A stretch of DNA of 64,000 nt from Actinomycetota bacterium (lineage in GTDB: Bacteria > Actinomycetota > Thermoleophilia > RBG-16-64-13), in contig JADQBG010000008.1 in NCBI GenBank assembly GCA_016278725.1, positions 1,680 through 65,679 of the forward strand. The letters run 5' to 3'. The notes beneath the pieces are model-generated. The model saw nothing but the letters and a program-made list of their open reading frames with translations, did not search any database and had not been told where the DNA came from. The translations under genes were made by a program, and so were the position numbers. Shown here piece by piece: positions 17,179 through 24,870 of this stretch (within the stretch, counting starts at the first letter, position 1; every line of letters begins with the position of its first letter).

Positions 17179-17685
17179 TTGGCACCTGAGCCCACGATCG
17201 AACCCGGCTGGTTCCACCACGCTTCGGGCATCCACGGGGTCTCGCACGCGAGGCGGGTGCTGACCCACGCCCGCGCCATCGCAGAGCAGGTGGAGCTGAC
17301 GCCCTTCGAGCGGGAGGCGGTGCTCCAGGCGGCGGCCTGGCACGACATCGGCCGCACCCACGACGGCCGCGACCGGACGCACGGACGGAAGAGCGTGACC
17401 AAGGTCATGGACCTGGAGCTGCACCAGGGGCGCGAGCGCGAACTGCTGGACCTGGCCTTCTTCGCCATGGAGTATCACGCTATGTGGGACCAGGTGGGGG
17501 AGCGCCGCGGGTTGCTCCGCGCGGACTCCGAGGTGGCGCTGCGCGTCCTCTGGGTGCTCAAGGACGCCGACGGGCTCGACCGGGTGCGCCTCGGCCCCCG
17601 GGGTCTGGATCCGGGGCAGCTGCGCTTCGAGTGCTCGCGGGGGATGGTGGAGCGGGCCTGGGAGCTCTACCGGGAACTGCCCTAA
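17179..17685 (+). CDS. HD-domain phosphohydrolase
   Basis: HGVSHARRV, WHDIGR, HG..S, EYH, KDADGLDRVR; TTG start 15 nt after the previous stop. Confidence 0.88.
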   Translation: MAPEPTIEPGWFHHASGIHGVSHARRVLTHARAIAEQVELTPFEREAVLQAAAWHDIGRTHDGRDRTHGRKSVTKVMDLELHQGRERELLDLAFFAMEYHAMWDQVGERRGLLRADSEVALRVLWVLKDADGLDRVRLGPRGLDPGQLRFECSRGMVERAWELYRELP

Positions 17686-17759
17686 CCGTTTACTATGACG
17701 CGTTGCGTTATGGGCGGCTCGCCGCTAGAGTTGGGCTGGCGGCAACGCAGCGATAGAGG

Positions 17760-18059
17760 ATGGAGCCGATGCGGGGGAGATCCCCAACACCTCATCCGGG
17801 CCAGGTGCTCCTCGAGGAGTACCTGCGGCCGCGGGGTCTTAGCCAGAACCGTCTGGCCCGCAGCCTGGGCGTGCCTCCGCGCCGGGTCAACGAGATCGTC
17901 CTGGGCAAGCGGCGAATCACCGCCGACACGGCGCTCCGCCTGGCGAGTTACTTCGAAAACAGCCCCGTTTACTGGCTCGGGTTGCAGGACTGCTTCGACC
18001 TCGAACAGGCGAGGCTCAGTTCCGACGAACTCGGCGGACGGGAGAGCGCGCCGGCCTGA
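17760..18059 (+). CDS. higA: HigA-family antitoxin (XRE HTH), no higB upstream
   Basis: HPGQVLLEEYLRPRGLSQNRLARSLGVPPRRVNEIVLGKRRITADTALRLASYF. Confidence 0.93.
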   Translation: MEPMRGRSPTPHPGQVLLEEYLRPRGLSQNRLARSLGVPPRRVNEIVLGKRRITADTALRLASYFENSPVYWLGLQDCFDLEQARLSSDELGGRESAPA

Positions 18060-18095
18060 ACAGCCGAAGCCGGCCGGACAAGCCTGGCCCCCCAA

Positions 18096-18356
18096 TTGCA
18101 GAACCAACGAAGCGAGCTGCTGGCGATCGCCGAGCGCTACGGCGCCCGAGACGTGCGGGTGTTTGGCTCGGTGGCCCGAGGAGAGGACACGGCCGAGTCG
18201 GACGTCGACCTGCTGGTCCGCTTTGAGAAGGGGGCGACCTTGCTCGATCAGGCGGGCTTGAGTGCGGAGCTCGAACAGCTGTTGGACGTGGTGAGTGAGT
18301 CGGGCCTCAAGCCGCGCATCCGGGAACGCGTCCTGGCGGAGGCCCGTCCGCTTTGA
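18096..18356 (+). CDS. mntA: MntA-type minimal nucleotidyltransferase antitoxin
   Basis: YGARDVRVFGSVARGEDTAESDVDLLV (GS-X10-DXD); TTG start, N-terminus slightly short. Confidence 0.9.
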   Translation: MQNQRSELLAIAERYGARDVRVFGSVARGEDTAESDVDLLVRFEKGATLLDQAGLSAELEQLLDVVSESGLKPRIRERVLAEARPL

Positions 18357-18682
18357 GGGGTGACGACGAGCGCCTGCGCGACATTCTCGAGGCGATCGAG
18401 GCCATCGAGCGCCACCTGAGCCTGGGGGAGGAGAGATTTCGAGGGGACGAACTCCTCCAGGTTTGGGCCTTGCATCATTTGCAGCTTATCGGCGAGGCGG
18501 CCGCCGGCCTCTCGGAGGCCGCGCAAAGCGAGCTGTCGGAGGTCCCCTGGGCGGCGGTCGTCGGCATGCGCAAGATCCTTGTCCACGAGTACTTCGGAAT
18601 GGACCTCGACCGGGTATGGGCGACCGTGGAGCGGGACCTGCCGGAGCTCAAACAGGTGCTGAGCCGGCACCTGGAGGACTGA
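18353..18682 (+). CDS. hepT: HepT-type (DUF86) HEPN RNase toxin
   Basis: LQLIGEAA, VPW..VVGMRKILVHEYFGMD (RX4HXY). Confidence 0.92.
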   Translation: MRGDDERLRDILEAIEAIERHLSLGEERFRGDELLQVWALHHLQLIGEAAAGLSEAAQSELSEVPWAAVVGMRKILVHEYFGMDLDRVWATVERDLPELKQVLSRHLED

Positions 18683-19119
18683 TGGGTTCGCCCGGTCGTT
18701 TCCAAATGCAAGGCGGCGCAGCGGGGGGCGATCCGACCAGCTGTACTTTCTGCGCGATGCGGGACTCCCCCGACCTGCTCGCCGAGAACTCCCTGGCCTT
18801 CGCCCTGCCGGACGCCTTCCCGGTCTCGCCCGGCCACGCCCTGATCTTGCCCCGCCGCCACGTGGCCGACTACTTCGATCTCACCGCGGAGGAGAAGGCG
18901 GCCCTCTGGGAGCTGGTCGACCGGGTGCGGGAGCAAATGCTGGGAGGCGGAGGACCCGCCGGCTTCAACATCGGCGTCAACGTGGGCGCGGCCGCCGGGC
19001 AGACGGTTTTCCATGTGCACGTGCACCTGATTCCGCGCTACGCTGGGGATCGGGACGACCCGCGGGGCGGGGTACGCTGGGTGCTTCCCGATCGTGCCCG
19101 CTACTGGGAGGGAGACTAG
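18682..19119 (+). CDS. HIT-family nucleotide hydrolase
   Basis: CTFC, FPVSPGHALILPRRH, GQTVFHVHVHLIPRY (HxHxH); the ATG overlaps the hepT stop (TGATG). Confidence 0.93.
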   Translation: MGSPGRFQMQGGAAGGDPTSCTFCAMRDSPDLLAENSLAFALPDAFPVSPGHALILPRRHVADYFDLTAEEKAALWELVDRVREQMLGGGGPAGFNIGVNVGAAAGQTVFHVHVHLIPRYAGDRDDPRGGVRWVLPDRARYWEGD

Positions 19120-20289
19120 TTGGCGCAAGACTCGGGAGAGGACCGGCTGCAGCCAGGGGATCCTGGCCACCCTCGCGCCCGCGCCGGCCAAGGGCGGGGC
19201 GACGACGCCATCGCGTTCGGCGAGAAGCTGCTCACCCTGCTGGATGCCGGCTCCTTCACCGCCACCTACAAATACGGGGTCATCCTGGCGCTGCTCGACC
19301 ACTGTCTGGAATATGCCGACCGCAGCGGCGCTCCGCCCTCTTCTTTGACCACCCGCCAGCTTGCCCAGAAGACCATCGAACTCTACTGGCCGCAGACACT
19401 GCCTTTCGGCCTCGCTGAGGAAGGAGCGCTTCTGCGGCAGAGCAGCTCGGGTCAGGCCCAGATCGTTTCGCGCATCGTGCACTTCCGTGACGCCGCGGCC
19501 CCCGATCCCCTGGCCACGCTTCACCGCACTCGTCTGGCTTCGCCCAAGGCCTTCGTCAGGCTGGTCGACTTCGTCGAATGGAAGCTGATCGAGATGCCGC
19601 TCCCCCGCCTGCAGCAGCTGGGCCGCTTCTATGAGCCCTTCATCTATCAGATCGGCTGGGACGCGAACATCACGCGGAGCCGGGCGGGCGGCCCCGACTT
19701 CGACAATCGCCTGCTGCTCCTGCCCGGGGCGGGAGAGCACCTGGTGCGCCTGGCCGGCCTGATCCGGCCTTTGGTCCAGCGGGAGTGGGCGGCGATGGTG
19801 GCCCGGATGAACCGGGGCCTGGTGGAGGACTCCCAACTCGAGGATTTCCTCTTTGGAGCGCGCCGCGCGGGCGCCGGCCGGCTGGCCTTCCCCTTGCGCG
19901 AACTGCAGGACAACCGCTGCTTTTACTGCGGCGAGGTGTTGAAGGTCACGGCGGCGGTGGATCACTTCCTGCCCTGGGCCCGTTATGCCGATGACGGCAT
20001 CGAGAACCTGGTGGCGGCGCACGCGGGCTGCAACGGTTCCAAGCGGGACTTCCTCGCGGCCGAGGAGCACGTCGGCCGCTGGGCGGGCCGCTTCGCCCCT
20101 GAATCTGCGGAGAGCCGACAGCTTGCCGAGATCGCGGAACTCGCCCGCTGGCAACGCGACCCGGAGCGCACCCTTTCCGTGGCTCGCGCGGTGTACCTCA
20201 ATCTCTCGCCCGGGGTCAAGCTCTGGGCGGGAATCGACCTTTTCGAGGACGCCGACCCGCGCGGACTCGCGCGCGCGCTGGCGGGCTAG
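19120..20289 (+). CDS. HNH endonuclease with large N-terminal domain
   Basis: N-terminal TATYKYGVILAL; C-terminal CFYC...VDHFLPW...NLVAAHAGCNGSK; TTG directly after the HIT stop. Confidence 0.88.
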   Translation: MAQDSGEDRLQPGDPGHPRARAGQGRGDDAIAFGEKLLTLLDAGSFTATYKYGVILALLDHCLEYADRSGAPPSSLTTRQLAQKTIELYWPQTLPFGLAEEGALLRQSSSGQAQIVSRIVHFRDAAAPDPLATLHRTRLASPKAFVRLVDFVEWKLIEMPLPRLQQLGRFYEPFIYQIGWDANITRSRAGGPDFDNRLLLLPGAGEHLVRLAGLIRPLVQREWAAMVARMNRGLVEDSQLEDFLFGARRAGAGRLAFPLRELQDNRCFYCGEVLKVTAAVDHFLPWARYADDGIENLVAAHAGCNGSKRDFLAAEEHVGRWAGRFAPESAESRQLAEIAELARWQRDPERTLSVARAVYLNLSPGVKLWAGIDLFEDADPRGLARALAG

Positions 20290-20385
20290 GCCAGAGAACA
20301 GGAGCCCTGATGAGTCTCTTTGCACATCGGTGTTTGCAGCCCTGCCGGTAGCGCCCAGGCGGTATGATCAATGTACTACCTAAGT

Positions 20386-20395
20386 TGTACGTACA
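20386..20395. promoter_or_regulatory. Palindromic operator upstream of the RHH antitoxin
   Basis: Perfect palindrome TGTACGTACA with a second TGTAC at 20372, just before RBS GAGGT. Confidence 0.5.
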
Positions 20396-20407
20396 GAGGT
20401 GCGCTGC

Positions 20408-20677
20408 ATGGCTAGACTTGATGCCAGAATGGAAATCCGGCTGGACAGCGAAACTTTGGACCGGCTCGAGGTGACCGCGAAGCAGCGGGGTATCAGTGTG
20501 GCCGCGCTGGCCCGGGAAGCCATCAGCCGGTTGTTGGAGGAGGGGGGAATCCGGCGGGAGATGACCGATCTGGAAGAGGCGCTTGGCCTGGAAACGCCCG
20601 TTCCAATGGACCCTCAGGAACTCGCGCGTGAGCTCGAGAAAAGATACGAGCTCCGCTCGGGAGCGAGCCCATATTAG
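20408..20677 (+). CDS. vapB: CopG/RHH antitoxin
   Basis: RMEIRLDSETLDRLEVTAKQRGISVAALAREAI. Confidence 0.85.
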   Translation: MARLDARMEIRLDSETLDRLEVTAKQRGISVAALAREAISRLLEEGGIRREMTDLEEALGLETPVPMDPQELARELEKRYELRSGASPY

Positions 20678-20698
20678 CGGCAGGATAAAGAGCGGTCG

Positions 20699-21121
20699 GT
20701 GTACGTCGATTCCGTAGTCTTTATGTATGCCTTCGGGGCGGAGAGTCCGTGGCGAGAGGCGTCGGCCTCGTTCTTGCGGGCCGCGGCGGCACGCGAACTG
20801 GCAGCCGTGACCAGCGTCGAGACTCTTCAGGAGATCATTCACCGCTACCGAAGCATCCGCCGCTTTGACGAGCTTGAAGCCGCGTACCGAGGCGTGGTGG
20901 TCTCAGTACGTTCGATCTTTCCGGTCACTAAATCGGACGTGGATGAGGCGCTCGAACTCAGTCAGATACTGTTGGATGTGCGAGTGTCCGCCCGAGACCT
21001 GCTTCATGCTGCGGTTGCGCGACGGCATGGAATCTCCACCGTGGTCACTTACGATCAAGACTTCGAGACGATCCCAGGGATTCGCGCCGTTACACCTGCT
21101 TCGGTTCTCGGCTTGCGGTAG
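20699..21121 (+). CDS. vapC: VapC-family PIN toxin
   Basis: YVDSVVFMY, ETLQEI, SARDLLHAAVA, VVTYDQDF. Confidence 0.93.
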   Translation: MYVDSVVFMYAFGAESPWREASASFLRAAAARELAAVTSVETLQEIIHRYRSIRRFDELEAAYRGVVVSVRSIFPVTKSDVDEALELSQILLDVRVSARDLLHAAVARRHGISTVVTYDQDFETIPGIRAVTPASVLGLR

Positions 21122-21129
21122 TTTGGTCT

Positions 21130-21876
21130 CTAGGCCTCCACCTCTAACTCCCCCATCCGCTGGGGCTTGGGCTCGAACTCGACCACCAGGGCTTGTCCAT
21201 GGAAGCCGCTGACTTCGACATGCCCGCGAAAAGCGCCCCGCCGGAGTAGTTGGACTGCCTGCTCGGCGCTTTCGACCTCCCGATAGAACTGGTTGTAGCT
21301 GGTTCCCAGCGTCCAGCCCTGATGGGAATCCGAGCCGGCGATCAGCATTGGCGGGTCGGGCAGGAGGTCGTGGCGGATGGAGTCGAGCGCTTGCACGTGG
21401 TCGCGAACGCGCTCGGGCTTTGCCATGAAGGAGAGCCGCGCGGCGTTCACCTCGAGAAAGTCGAGGGGCAGTTCGACGAGCCAACCGGGTAGAGGGAGCT
21501 CCACCTCGAGCGGGTGCGCCCAGATCAAGAGGATGCGGGGATCGTGCAGGTAGGCGCGCAGTTCGTCGTTGTCGGGGTCGGCCGTGCGGCCCAAGCGCCA
21601 GAGTAGCTCGTGCAGGCCGGCAAAGGCCTCGGGCTCGGCGGTCAGCAGCAACAGATCGACCCAGGCGGCCCCCAGAGTGACCTCGAGGGCGAACAGCCCA
21701 CGGGGGTGCAGCCGGGGATCCTGGCCGTGACGCTCATAGAACTCGAGCGACTGGTGATCGGCCACCAGGGGAAAGTAGTTGGGGTTGGCTCCCGCCCACT
21801 GCAGGAACTCCTCGTCGGTGAGACGCGAGCAGGACGAGGCCGTGGCGTGCACGTGTGGATCCAGGCGGGTGGGCAT
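21130..21876 (-). CDS. PHP-family metal-dependent phosphoesterase
   Basis: DPHVHA, ADH, LEV, WAHP, LEVN, AGSDSH metal ligands; 1-nt overlap with the XRE gene. Confidence 0.8.
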   Translation of the reverse strand: MPTRLDPHVHATASSCSRLTDEEFLQWAGANPNYFPLVADHQSLEFYERHGQDPRLHPRGLFALEVTLGAAWVDLLLLTAEPEAFAGLHELLWRLGRTADPDNDELRAYLHDPRILLIWAHPLEVELPLPGWLVELPLDFLEVNAARLSFMAKPERVRDHVQALDSIRHDLLPDPPMLIAGSDSHQGWTLGTSYNQFYREVESAEQAVQLLRRGAFRGHVEVSGFHGQALVVEFEPKPQRMGELEVEA

Positions 21877-22535
21877 CAGCGGGCCAACCTTCGGGCCAGA
21901 TCGAGCAGGCGGCGAACGTCCTCGACGGGCATCCGCCGCAGCAGCACGGCGAGCTCGGCCAGGAGCGAGTCGAACGAGTCGCTCTCATCACTCATTGCCT
22001 CCGCTGACCCCGAGGGCTCGAAGTCCGCCTCTTGGCGCTGCCGCGCGAAACCGGGAGAGCGCTTCACCCAATCGGGAACCTGATCTGACGAACTCTCGAA
22101 CGGCGCGCTCATCCTGGATTCGTCGGGCAGTCGCCCGGCCGCCCGGTCCTCCAGACGCATGCGCTCCCAGTAGTGCCTCAGCGAGGGGGAGATGTCATCG
22201 GCGTACTTCAGCCACTCCGGCGCGAAATCTTCGTCAAAAAAGCCGCCGGCGCCGGAGCGCTCGGCCTCGATGCGTTGCGCAGCACCGCGTAGCAACTGAC
22301 TGGGCGAGACCTCGAGGGACTCGGCGATCTCCCGCAGCTTGGTGGAGGAGGGGGGCTTGCGGCCCTTCTCTATGTCGGAGAGGTAGGAGTAGGAGATGCC
22401 GCTGCGCTCCGCCAGTTCGGTGCGCTTGAGCCCGCGCTCGGTGCGCATCACTTCGATCGTCCGACCCAGCGCCTCGCTGACCGTCTGCTCGGCGGCCTGT
22501 CTGCGGTGGCTCCGCGATTCGGGCTCCTCTGTCAT
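21876..22535 (-). CDS. XRE-family HTH regulator with long C-terminal extension
   Basis: LKRTELAERSGISYSYLSDIEKGRKPPSSTKLREIAESLEV. Confidence 0.9.
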   Translation of the reverse strand: MTEEPESRSHRRQAAEQTVSEALGRTIEVMRTERGLKRTELAERSGISYSYLSDIEKGRKPPSSTKLREIAESLEVSPSQLLRGAAQRIEAERSGAGGFFDEDFAPEWLKYADDISPSLRHYWERMRLEDRAAGRLPDESRMSAPFESSSDQVPDWVKRSPGFARQRQEADFEPSGSAEAMSDESDSFDSLLAELAVLLRRMPVEDVRRLLDLARRLAR

Positions 22536-22594
22536 CTTCCGACCTCCCGGGGGTGCACGGCTCTAGAGGGAAATTACGTATCATGGCGGTAAGG

Positions 22595-22613
22595 TTATCA
22601 CTTATTGTGGTAA
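22595..22613. promoter_or_regulatory. Candidate XRE operator in the divergent promoter
   Basis: Imperfect IR TTATCAC-N5-GTGGTAA in an AT-rich spacer. Confidence 0.4.
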
Positions 22614-22725
22614 AGTAAACGCTGCAAGCGGTAGCGGCGGTTCTGTCCGCTCCTACTTCTATCATTTAAATCGGTGAGCGCGAGTCCGCGAGACCAGGCG
22701 CGAGCCACTACCAAAGGGGGTCGTC

Positions 22726-24003
22726 ATGAGCGGAAAAAAGGAAACCATCGAGGCCCGGGCGCGGTTGAGCCATCCCGTGATCCTGGCCGGACAGCCGGAG
22801 CAGGTCTATCTGCGCATCGACGTCGCGGGAGCGGAGCAGGAGCAGAGCCGGCCTCCCTTCGACATCTCCGTGGTCTTGGACCGCAGCGGTTCGATGTACG
22901 GGGAGAAGATCGTCCATGCCCGGGCGGCGGTCGGCCGGGTGATCGACGGCCTGGTGGGAGAGGACCATCTGGCGCTGACCGTCTACGACCACGTGGCCGA
23001 GACCGTGTTCTCCCGGCGGAAGGTGGACGACGCCCTGGTGATGAGGACGAAGACCGAACAGGTCGGGCCGCGCGGCTCGACCGACATCTCTGCCGGCCTG
23101 ACCGCGGGCCTGCAGCAGTTGGGAGCCGAGGGAGAGGCTCTGCGACGGGTGTTTCTGCTCTCGGACGGTCTGGCGAATCGGGGAATCCGGGACGCCGAAG
23201 GGCTGGGCGATCTGGCCCAGCAGGGCCTGGCCGCGGGCCGCCTGGTCAGCACCTTCGGCGTGGGCCGGGATTTCAACGAGGAACTGCTGCGCCGGATCGC
23301 CGATGCCGGCGGGGGCAACTATTACTACATCGGCTCTCCCGAGGACATCCCCGTGGCGCTCGAGCAGGAACTGGGCGAGCTTTCGTCGGTCGTGGGCCAG
23401 AATCTAACCGTGGATTTCCGGGCGCAGGATGCGCAGGTGGTGGCGGTGCTCGGCTTCGACGGCAATCAGCTGCCGGCGGCGGCCGGGGACGTGCAGGCGG
23501 GCGCCACTCGCTCGGTGATCCTGGCGCTCGCGGTGCCGGCTTCGGAAGCGGGCGAGGCCGTGCTCGGCGAGGTGCGCTGCAGTTGGACGCCCCTGGGCCG
23601 GGCGCTCGAGCGCGTCGAGCGGAAGATCACGGTGAGCGCGGTGGTCAGTGACGACCCCGTTCGGGTGCGGGAAGCCCAGGACGAGGAGGTTCTGCGGGCG
23701 GCGCATCTGCAGTTGGCGGCGGTGGAGAACCGCGAGGCCACGCGGTCGGCTGCCCAGGGAGACGCGGCCGGCTTCCACCGCTCGATGGTGAGCGCGAGTG
23801 CCCACCTGGATCTTCTGGGAAACGATGAAGACGCCGCCGAGCAGCGCGAGTTGCTGGACGAACTTCGGGCTCGCGGCTTCGAGGGCACCATGAGCGATCG
23901 GGAGATGCAGCTGCGGACGGACGAAAGCCAGTATTGGATGCGGAAAAGCCGGCCGAGTCGCTGGTCCAAGGGCGACGGGCCGCGTGAGAAGAAGGGAGAG
24001 TAA
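22726..24003 (+). CDS. von Willebrand factor A (vWA) domain protein, YfbK-like
   Basis: VVLDRSGSMYG (MIDAS DxSxS), GSTD, LLSDGLAN, FGVG.DFNE..L..IA..GGG.YY. Confidence 0.9.
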   Translation: MSGKKETIEARARLSHPVILAGQPEQVYLRIDVAGAEQEQSRPPFDISVVLDRSGSMYGEKIVHARAAVGRVIDGLVGEDHLALTVYDHVAETVFSRRKVDDALVMRTKTEQVGPRGSTDISAGLTAGLQQLGAEGEALRRVFLLSDGLANRGIRDAEGLGDLAQQGLAAGRLVSTFGVGRDFNEELLRRIADAGGGNYYYIGSPEDIPVALEQELGELSSVVGQNLTVDFRAQDAQVVAVLGFDGNQLPAAAGDVQAGATRSVILALAVPASEAGEAVLGEVRCSWTPLGRALERVERKITVSAVVSDDPVRVREAQDEEVLRAAHLQLAAVENREATRSAAQGDAAGFHRSMVSASAHLDLLGNDEDAAEQRELLDELRARGFEGTMSDREMQLRTDESQYWMRKSRPSRWSKGDGPREKKGE

Positions 24004-24149
24004 TGAACGCTGTGCGCAGTCTGCTGTACTTCATCGCCCGCCTCATGGGCGATGTCAGCGCGGTGCGCCGGGGGACGGTGGGCAAACGCCTTGGTCGCCG
24101 CGTCACGGGGCGGGCTGCGGGGAAGCTGCTGCGCAGCCTCTGGCGATAG
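24003..24149 (+). CDS. 48-aa basic small protein
   Basis: Not in the ORF track. MNAVRSLLYFIARLMGDVSAVRRGTVGKRLGRRVTGRAAGKLLRSLWR; TAATG overlap with vWA and RBS GGGAG. Confidence 0.75.
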   Translation: MNAVRSLLYFIARLMGDVSAVRRGTVGKRLGRRVTGRAAGKLLRSLWR

Positions 24150-24189
24150 GTTCTCGGGGGAAAGTACGTCGGTTGGGTAAGGTAAGAGC

Positions 24190-24870
24190 ATGACGTCCCA
24201 ACCGCACCCCCGCTCTGAGGCTAACCCCGCTCCGGGCCGTCCGCCCCTGCGGCTGTTCCTGATCCGGCACGGCGAAACCGAGTGGTCGCTCTCCGGCCAA
24301 CATACCGGCCGCACGGACATCGGCCTGACCGCAAACGGTGAGCGGGCGGCGCGGGAACTCGGGCGGCGGCTCCGGGGGATTTCGTTCACGCGCGTCGTGA
24401 CCAGTCCGCTGCTCCGCGCCCGGCGTACCTGCGAGTTGGCCCTGCCGGCCGCGGGTTTCGAAGTGGAACCCGACCTGGCGGAGTGGGACTACGGTGGCTA
24501 CGAGGGCCGAACATCGGCCGAAATTCTCGAGGAGCGCCCGGGCTGGAATCTCTTTCGCGACGGCGCTCCTGACGGGGAAGCGCCCGGCCAGGTGGGCGCC
24601 CGCGCCGACCGGCTTCTCGTCGGGCTCCGGGCGCTGCAGGGTAATGTTGCGCTGTTCTCCCACGGCCACTTCAGCCGCGTCCTCGCCGCCCGCTGGATCG
24701 GGCTCCCGGTGGCCCGGGCCCAGCACTTTCTGCTGGCCACGGCCTCTCTCAGCATTCTCGCCTATGAACACGAGCGCACTGACCGCCCGGTCATTGCCCT
24801 CTGGAACTCCCAGGCGGGCGAACCTCCGGTCTTGGCGACTCGAGGTCTGCGCGGAGGAGCGAGGCCCTGA
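24190..24870 (+). CDS. Histidine phosphatase (PGM family)
   Basis: LIRHGETEWS, TSPLLRARRT, EWDYG.YEG, FSHGH. Confidence 0.95.
   Translation: MTSQPHPRSEANPAPGRPPLRLFLIRHGETEWSLSGQHTGRTDIGLTANGERAARELGRRLRGISFTRVVTSPLLRARRTCELALPAAGFEVEPDLAEWDYGGYEGRTSAEILEERPGWNLFRDGAPDGEAPGQVGARADRLLVGLRALQGNVALFSHGHFSRVLAARWIGLPVARAQHFLLATASLSILAYEHERTDRPVIALWNSQAGEPPVLATRGLRGGARP

Noticed and set aside
17679-17736. Possible integron attC site (CCCTAAC ... GTTGGGC, 58 nt) after the HD gene; integron explanation for the TA array
   Set aside because: The R boxes are only nearly complementary, no L''/L' pairing is present, no similar sites occur between other island genes, and there is no intI.
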